Assembly (NCBI GenBank): GCA_012295275.1
Contig: CM022672.1
Span: 14,446,001 to 14,510,000 of the forward strand
Direction: 5' to 3'
From: Chrysomallon squamiferum
Lineage: Eukaryota > Animalia > Mollusca
DNA: 64,000 nucleotides
Position numbers and translations under genes: made by a program. Shown piece by piece: positions 57,860 through 64,000 of the stretch (position 1 is its first letter; each line of letters opens with the position of its first letter). Below the pieces are notes generated by a model, which was not told where the DNA came from, did not search any database, and was given only the letters and a program-made list of their open reading frames with translations.

Positions 57860-58450
57860 AAAACTTCGCCACCGGGTGATAATTACGGAGTATTAGACAG
57901 TTAGCGACTCCGAAAAAGCCACGCTGACAGCGATATTCAAATATTTACTTATCTCGGCCTATCATTGGTCATTAATTCTGATGCGGACAATATTGTAACT
58001 TGTCACGGAGAACGTGGAAGCGCGCAATCACAAGCAAACGGTCCTCCGCCTGTAAACGACGAGCCAGCGTCTGAGTCGGCCCGTTAACAATCCCCAACAG
58101 ACTCTTAGAGAATTTCAGCTTCATTTAACCTCTAATAGATTTATACCCTGTACGGCATGCCTCGTTCATTTCTTTATTATTGGTCGAATCGTTAGATTGA
58201 TTTGTGCAGCGAGACAAATAATTTAAACCAAATTGAAGGGCAGTTGCGATGGAAGTGGCGAAACGAGACGTTAAAAAGCTTCAAGTAGCGATTTTCCTCA
58301 CTTAGACGGCTGCCGTAGGTTCGGCTGCATCATGATGTTTGTTATATGCCCAGGAGGTTTGCTGGTCAGACTTGACGTAAAGTGAGATCGTCGAGCAACT
58401 GCAGTTTAGCTTTTTCTCTATCAAGATTCCTATTAATTACCAAAGGGAAG
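57860..58450 (+). promoter_or_regulatory. Putative NK7 promoter / 5' regulatory island
   Basis: Complex CpG-containing sequence directly upstream of the NK7 ATG, with ATTGG motifs and several TAAT sites. Confidence 0.45.
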
Positions 58451-58719
58451 TTCTTACATCACTGCTGCTAATGCCGGCTTGTTGTTTGTTTTTTTTTTGT
58501 TTTTTTTTCAGTTGTTGTTTTTACATATGCATGTATATATATATATATGTGTACATGTGAAAAAAGTGATTACAAAAACGATCGGTTTTAAAGAGACGGT
58601 TCATTATATTTCAACGTGGTTGTGCTTGAACTTGTTTATTTATATATTTTAGTTGAAGGCAACTTTTTACAATTCGATTTTTTGAATTTGTGAAACCTGT
58701 CTAATTGTAAAGATAAAGG

Positions 58720-59071
58720 ATGTACAGAAGTATGGACGCCGGTTCGCCATTGTCGTCGTATTCTCTGGCTTTCGCCACCACAGCGATGTACACGACGCCA
58801 CGGACGTGGCACCAACACATCTACCACAAACCGCCGAAGGAGCCGACGTCGTTCTACATCGCTGACATTCTCAGCGACGGCAAATCGTCGAAAGGATTTC
58901 TGTCCCTGAAGAGTGGTACAAGCAGCAGTCCCAGTGGGAAACTGTCAGGATACGAGAGACAAAACGGGGACAGTCCCCCAGCGTCCAGGTCTGGCCTGGA
59001 TTCCAAGGATGAGGACTATTCAAAATTCAGAGGGAAACTGGTAATAACCAATTCCCACTCTCCAAATTCAG
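58720..59071 (+). CDS. NK7: NK7 homeobox gene, coding exon 1
   Basis: ATG at 58720. Encodes WHQHIYHKPPKEPTSFYIADILS, an eh1/TN-type motif preceded by the W-H-x-H-x-Y-x-K-P-P motif I recall from NK7 proteins. The phase-1 donor TCAG|GTATTT matches the acceptor at 62909. Confidence 0.82.
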
Positions 59072-59462
59072 GTATTTATTTATTTCTTTTTTTTTTTACT
59101 TGTATTTAATCAATTTAATAATTTAGTAACATTTTTTTTGTTTAAGTATTTTTTATTTCATGACTAATGGTTGTTCTGTGCCTAACTCATTCACTTCCCC
59201 CGCCCCCCCATCTCTCTCTTTCACTTTTTATGTCTGTTTGTTTGTCTGTCTGATTCTAACTTTCCTTTATAACTCTCCTCTTCGTATATGTGTGTATACG
59301 TGTATGTGGTTGTTTACGTGTGTACATATGATCCATCATTTATTATTTTTTGTGATACTACTACAAATAATAGTCATCATCATTACCAACATCATGACGG
59401 TAATAATAATAAAAACAGAATAGTAATAGTATTAGCAGTAGTAATAATAGTAGTACTAGTAA

Positions 59463-59518
<56 letters not shown>

Positions 59519-61273
59519 ATTGTAGTAGTAGTAGTAGCAGCAATAACTGAAGATGCAAAAAAAACCGTTGAAGATAAACGTAAAAGGCCAGAATTCACAA
59601 TTTGTATGTGTGGAGAAACGGATATATATTTTTTTGTTGTTTTTTTGTTGTTGTAATTTTCAAGTTTCTTTTTATTTCAGTACAATATTGTCGCTACATA
59701 CTCAGGTGATGCGAATGCATCCTGTTTCTTTTTCTAGCTACAATTAGCCACTTTTAGAGAAAAATCATAATACACTCACTGAAAATACAAAATTTATATA
59801 ATTTACGTTACGGGCAATGTTTAAAAAAGAAGCAATCTTTAAGACTAAATATTACTCAGGCAGTCTGCACGTTGCCTGACTATTCAAGATAAATTCTCCG
59901 CACACTGAATGCAATGAAAGATCCGTCATTTATTGAGAGCAATTGTTGTGTAAAGGTAAACACGACTAATGACAAGATGCAGGATTATTTAATTAGGTAA
60001 TTTATTTTGAAAATCAAACTACCGCAAAAAGCTTTCTGGTATTTTTATTATTATTATTATTGTTGTTGTAGTATTAGTAGTAGATGATATTGATGTTGTT
60101 GTTGTTGTTGTTATTATTATTTTTATTATATTAGTTATCATCATCATCATTATTATTTTAGTGCTAGCAGTTGTAGTAGTAGTAGTAATAGTTGTTGTTG
60201 TAGTAGTAGTAGTAGTGGTAGTAGCGATAACAGTAGTAACAGCAGTATAGCAATTGTTTTAGAACATAATATACATACATACATACATGTATAGATGCAT
60301 ACTTACTCACACACACACACATATAATTATATATATATACATATCATTCACACGTAAAAGAAAAGATGTACAATTTTTACAAAACTGTGTTGCTCTTTCT
60401 CTCTCCCAGTCACTTTACGTACTGCTCCAGATTTTCTCCCTGAACAAAAACGTTAAACGAGATAAAGCTATTAAAAACACTCGATCGTTTCGTGAACAGA
60501 CCAAACCAAACCAAACCAAACCAAACCAACCAACCAGCGTCTTTTTTCGTTTTGTTTTTTCTCCCACCAATTACGAAATATAAGTATCGCATTTTTTCGT
60601 CGAGAACTCTCCTACCTAAAACTTCTGTCATATCGCGAAATCCAACACGCAGATGAAAAATCTCTGTAGCTAATTAACAGCTCAATTAGTCGCCGTTGAC
60701 ATGTTTATTACGAGGAGTTCGTTAGCGAAACAGCTGTAAGCACAGCGAGTTTTGATTGCCTTATCACCTTTTTTTTTTTTTTTTTTTTTTTTATTATTCC
60801 CCGGTCTTGGCAGTTATACAGGACCGGCCATTAAAGAAACGTAAGGAGAGGGAGGGGCGGGGGGGGGGGTTAAACTTAATTGCTCGGTGTTAATTTCTGA
60901 ACGTGTCCCAGTACTAATCTGCACTGGTAGTTGTTGCTTAATTGGTATTCATTGTTCGGTTTTGCTGTCGTCGTTTAATTACTGTCGCTGTATTGTTGTC
61001 GTTTCAGTGATTGTTGTGCTCAAGTCATTTAGTCAGTTGGCACGTGACAACAGTAAAAGAAAATTACGTGAACAGGCCTTGTTTGTTTTATTTATTTTAA
61101 TTACACATTTGTTGTTGGTTGGGTTTTTTGTTTTTGTCGTGTGTCTGTTTTATTTACGACGGATTTAAATTTTCTGTTTCCTCCTGCGGCATTTCAGTAT
61201 TTTCTCGCTCGCTTCTGTCTTCATTTCCTGACTAACAACAGTGAAATTATTATAACGGAGATGAAATGTAATT

Positions 61274-61316
<43 letters not shown>

Positions 61317-61461
61317 ATAATCGTATTAATATATAACACCATATCTCTTTCTCTCAGAAACATGCACATACATATAAATAAATTGTCATTAATATTATTG
61401 TCATCATCATCATTATTAATATCATCGTCATCATCATCTTCTTTATTATTATTATCATTAT

Positions 61462-61494
<33 letters not shown>

Positions 61495-61925
61495 TATTAA
61501 TATTATTATTATTATTATTATTATTTAATTTTCTTCCTTTAGTTCCCTTCGTAAACAATTTTTTTTTTTTTTTTTTACTATTAATATTTTAATTTCCAAG
61601 CAAATAAACATTTTAATCTTGTCGATTGCATATTGAAGTTTTCTTAAATGTAAGGATTAAAAGAAATGTGTATTAACTATTATTGTAACATTCTTTCTAG
61701 TACGACTGGTGCTATGGGAACAGTGCTAGTCATGTAACATGACTGCAACTATTACAGTTTCTAATTTTTCACTTTGCAACATGATAGACAACAACAATAT
61801 TACAAATAATAACACGGGCACATGATGTGATCGATGTTTTTGTATTAATGGTTATGCTAATAATAAAATTTAAGACAATATCTTCATAAAGTTCGAAATT
61901 AAATAAATAAACACACAAAAACAAA

Positions 61926-61956
<31 letters not shown>

Positions 61957-62909
61957 AAATAAAATGAAACAAAATAATAATATATAAATAATAAATTGAG
62001 CAAAAGAAGAATGAAAAAAAAAAGAAGAAAATAATTTATATTAATACATTTGATATTTTCATCTGCATATTTTATTATTCAAGCAATTCGAACTATTAAA
62101 ACGCTTTGACTGGAGACATATAAAGCTTTGGACACATTTTCTTTCTAACCACTAACATACTAACACAAATAATGACTGTCTTAGGAAAGCATTTATATCA
62201 CAGAGTCGTATGATTATTTGGTTAACTGAATAATTAATAATGTGAATTTTTTTATTTATTTATATTTATATTTTTTAAAAGAGTTTTAAAATTTATTTAT
62301 TATTATTATTTTTGTGTGTGTGTGTGTGTGTGTATTTTAGTATGTTAGAATAATTTATTAAATATACGTTATATTTAAAATTATATATATTTAGTATTTA
62401 TTCATTTGTGTGTGTATATGTGTGTATGTATGTGTATATATACATACACATACATACACATACATGTTAGTTATTTATATTTATTAATTCATTCATTTCA
62501 TTTTCATTCTTTATTTATTTGTACATTAGTTTTTCATTCATTAATTCATTTCTTCTTTCTTCAGTTTATTTTATATTTATTTATTAATAGCTTTTTTCAT
62601 TCTTATCTTTCTTGACTATAATTATGTCTTTCTTTTTTCCTTTTTTTCTGTCTATATTTCATTTTACTTCTTTCTTCTTTTTGTTTGTTTATTTCTTTCT
62701 TTTTCTCTTTCGTTAAATTCTTTCTTTACTCATTCATTAATTCAAATATTTATTTATTTATTTTATTCATTCATTCATTCATTCAAATATATATATTTAC
62801 TTATTTACTCATTCTTCATTCAAATATATATTTACTTACTATCTCATTCACTCATTCATTCATTCACATACTTACTTATTTGCATAATTTATTATAATTA
62901 ATCCTTAAG

Positions 62910-63118
62910 ATGACGTCAGCTCTAAGAGTGACAAACGAAAGAGATCCAGTGACGAAAGCAGTGACAAAGAAGACAACGTCACGAAGAAGAAGAAAGCTAG
63001 AACAACTTTCACTGGAAGACAAATCTTTGAACTAGAAAAGCAGTTTGAACAAAAAAAATATCTGTCGTCTGCCGAAAGGGCAGAAATGGCCACCCTTCTT
63101 CGAGTAACAGAAACTCAG
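62910..63118 (+). CDS. NK7: NK7 homeobox gene, coding exon 2 (homeodomain residues 1-44; remainder beyond the window)
   Basis: Not in the ORF track on this strand. Manual translation gives [85 protein letters not shown] is NK7-type. Donor CAG|GTAAGT sits at the homeodomain 44/45 intron position. Confidence 0.9.
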
Positions 63119-63544
63119 GTAAGTGCTGACTGATTTCATTTTATTGATTTCATTTGGTTTAAGACTATCTCTTGTGTTTTTATACGGAACACCGGCTGGA
63201 AAAAAAATAATGCTTGTTTAAGAATGGTATTTTCAGTACTAAAGGCTATTTGGCGAGTCCCTGCTTGGATTGGGAAATGAGTTATTTTCTGTAATGACGA
63301 TTCGGTATTCATTACTAATGGTTGCTGTGCGGATTTATTGGAAATAACTTAATGAGTTACACAAGCAGAAACGTTTCTGTGGCATGAATAAAATACGTAA
63401 CTGTTGTCAGTTATAAAATTTAAATTAAAGAACCCAGAATAATAATATAAAACAAATAGATTAACACACATACAAACAAATAATCAAATGAATAATGTTA
63501 TTTTGGGAAACTACAAACCAAGAAACCTAACTGATAATGAGGAT

Positions 63545-63576
<32 letters not shown>

Positions 63577-64000
63577 ATAACAATCGTAAATAGCTGCAGC
63601 AAAAACAACAGTGATAGTAGCGTATAGATACAGTGGTAGTGTGGTAATAGTAGTGGAAACGGTGGTAGTTGTAATAGTAGAACTAGTATGTCGATAATGG
63701 CAGTAATAACAGAACTAGTATTAGTATTAATTATAGTAGCTTCAGGAATATTGTTATTATTTATTATTATTATTAGTTGTTGTAGTAGTACTAGTAATAG
63801 TAGTTGTGGTAGTAGTAGCAGCAGCAGCAGAGGTTATGATAATAGTAGTTGTAGTAGCAATACTGCTATAAACAAGAGTGAAAGTAACAGTAGTGAGTGT
63901 AGTACTTGTCATGGTAATGGTAGTAATTGTAGTAATAGTAGTAGAAGTAGTAGTAGTGGTAGTAGTAGAGGTAGTGATAGTTACAGCAGCATCATCAGTA

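Noticed and set aside
62905-63093. 62-aa minus-strand ORF
   Set aside because: Antisense shadow of the NK7 homeobox exon.
63119-64000. Final NK7 exon ([12 protein letters not shown])
   Set aside because: Not found in the remaining sequence, so it must lie beyond the window.

Overview
AT-rich, microsatellite-saturated genomic DNA from an invertebrate bilaterian. NK7 is present, and that family is lost in vertebrates. The window is part of an NK (ANTP-class) homeobox cluster. It holds two complete three-exon Tlx (Hox11/C15) paralogues in tandem on the minus strand: Tlx-a, join 9666-9255, 6726-6510, 5713-5527, about 271 aa, and Tlx-b, join 33478-32941, 29823-29607, 29036-28907, about 294 aa. 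Next comes a divergently transcribed NK7 gene on the plus strand (exons 58720-59071 and 62910-63118), whose last exon lies beyond the window. Tlx-b has diverged asymmetrically and lost conserved Tlx motifs. The non-coding DNA alternates between microsatellite tracts and CpG/TAAT-rich islands that look like enhancers. It also contains a TA-flanked Tc1/mariner-type MITE, a 79-bp-arm inverted repeat, a ~230-bp recent duplication, a 26-bp minisatellite, and a ~7-kb degenerate ~0.7-kb-unit satellite with a recent ~1.8-1.9-kb tandem duplication. A ~60-bp inverted repeat pair brackets the 10-kb repeat block, and a candidate CTCF/B-box boundary lies between Tlx-b and NK7. Nearly all other ORFs in the track are microsatellite artefacts. 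I found no prokaryotic-type system (CRISPR, operon). All alignments were done by eye.
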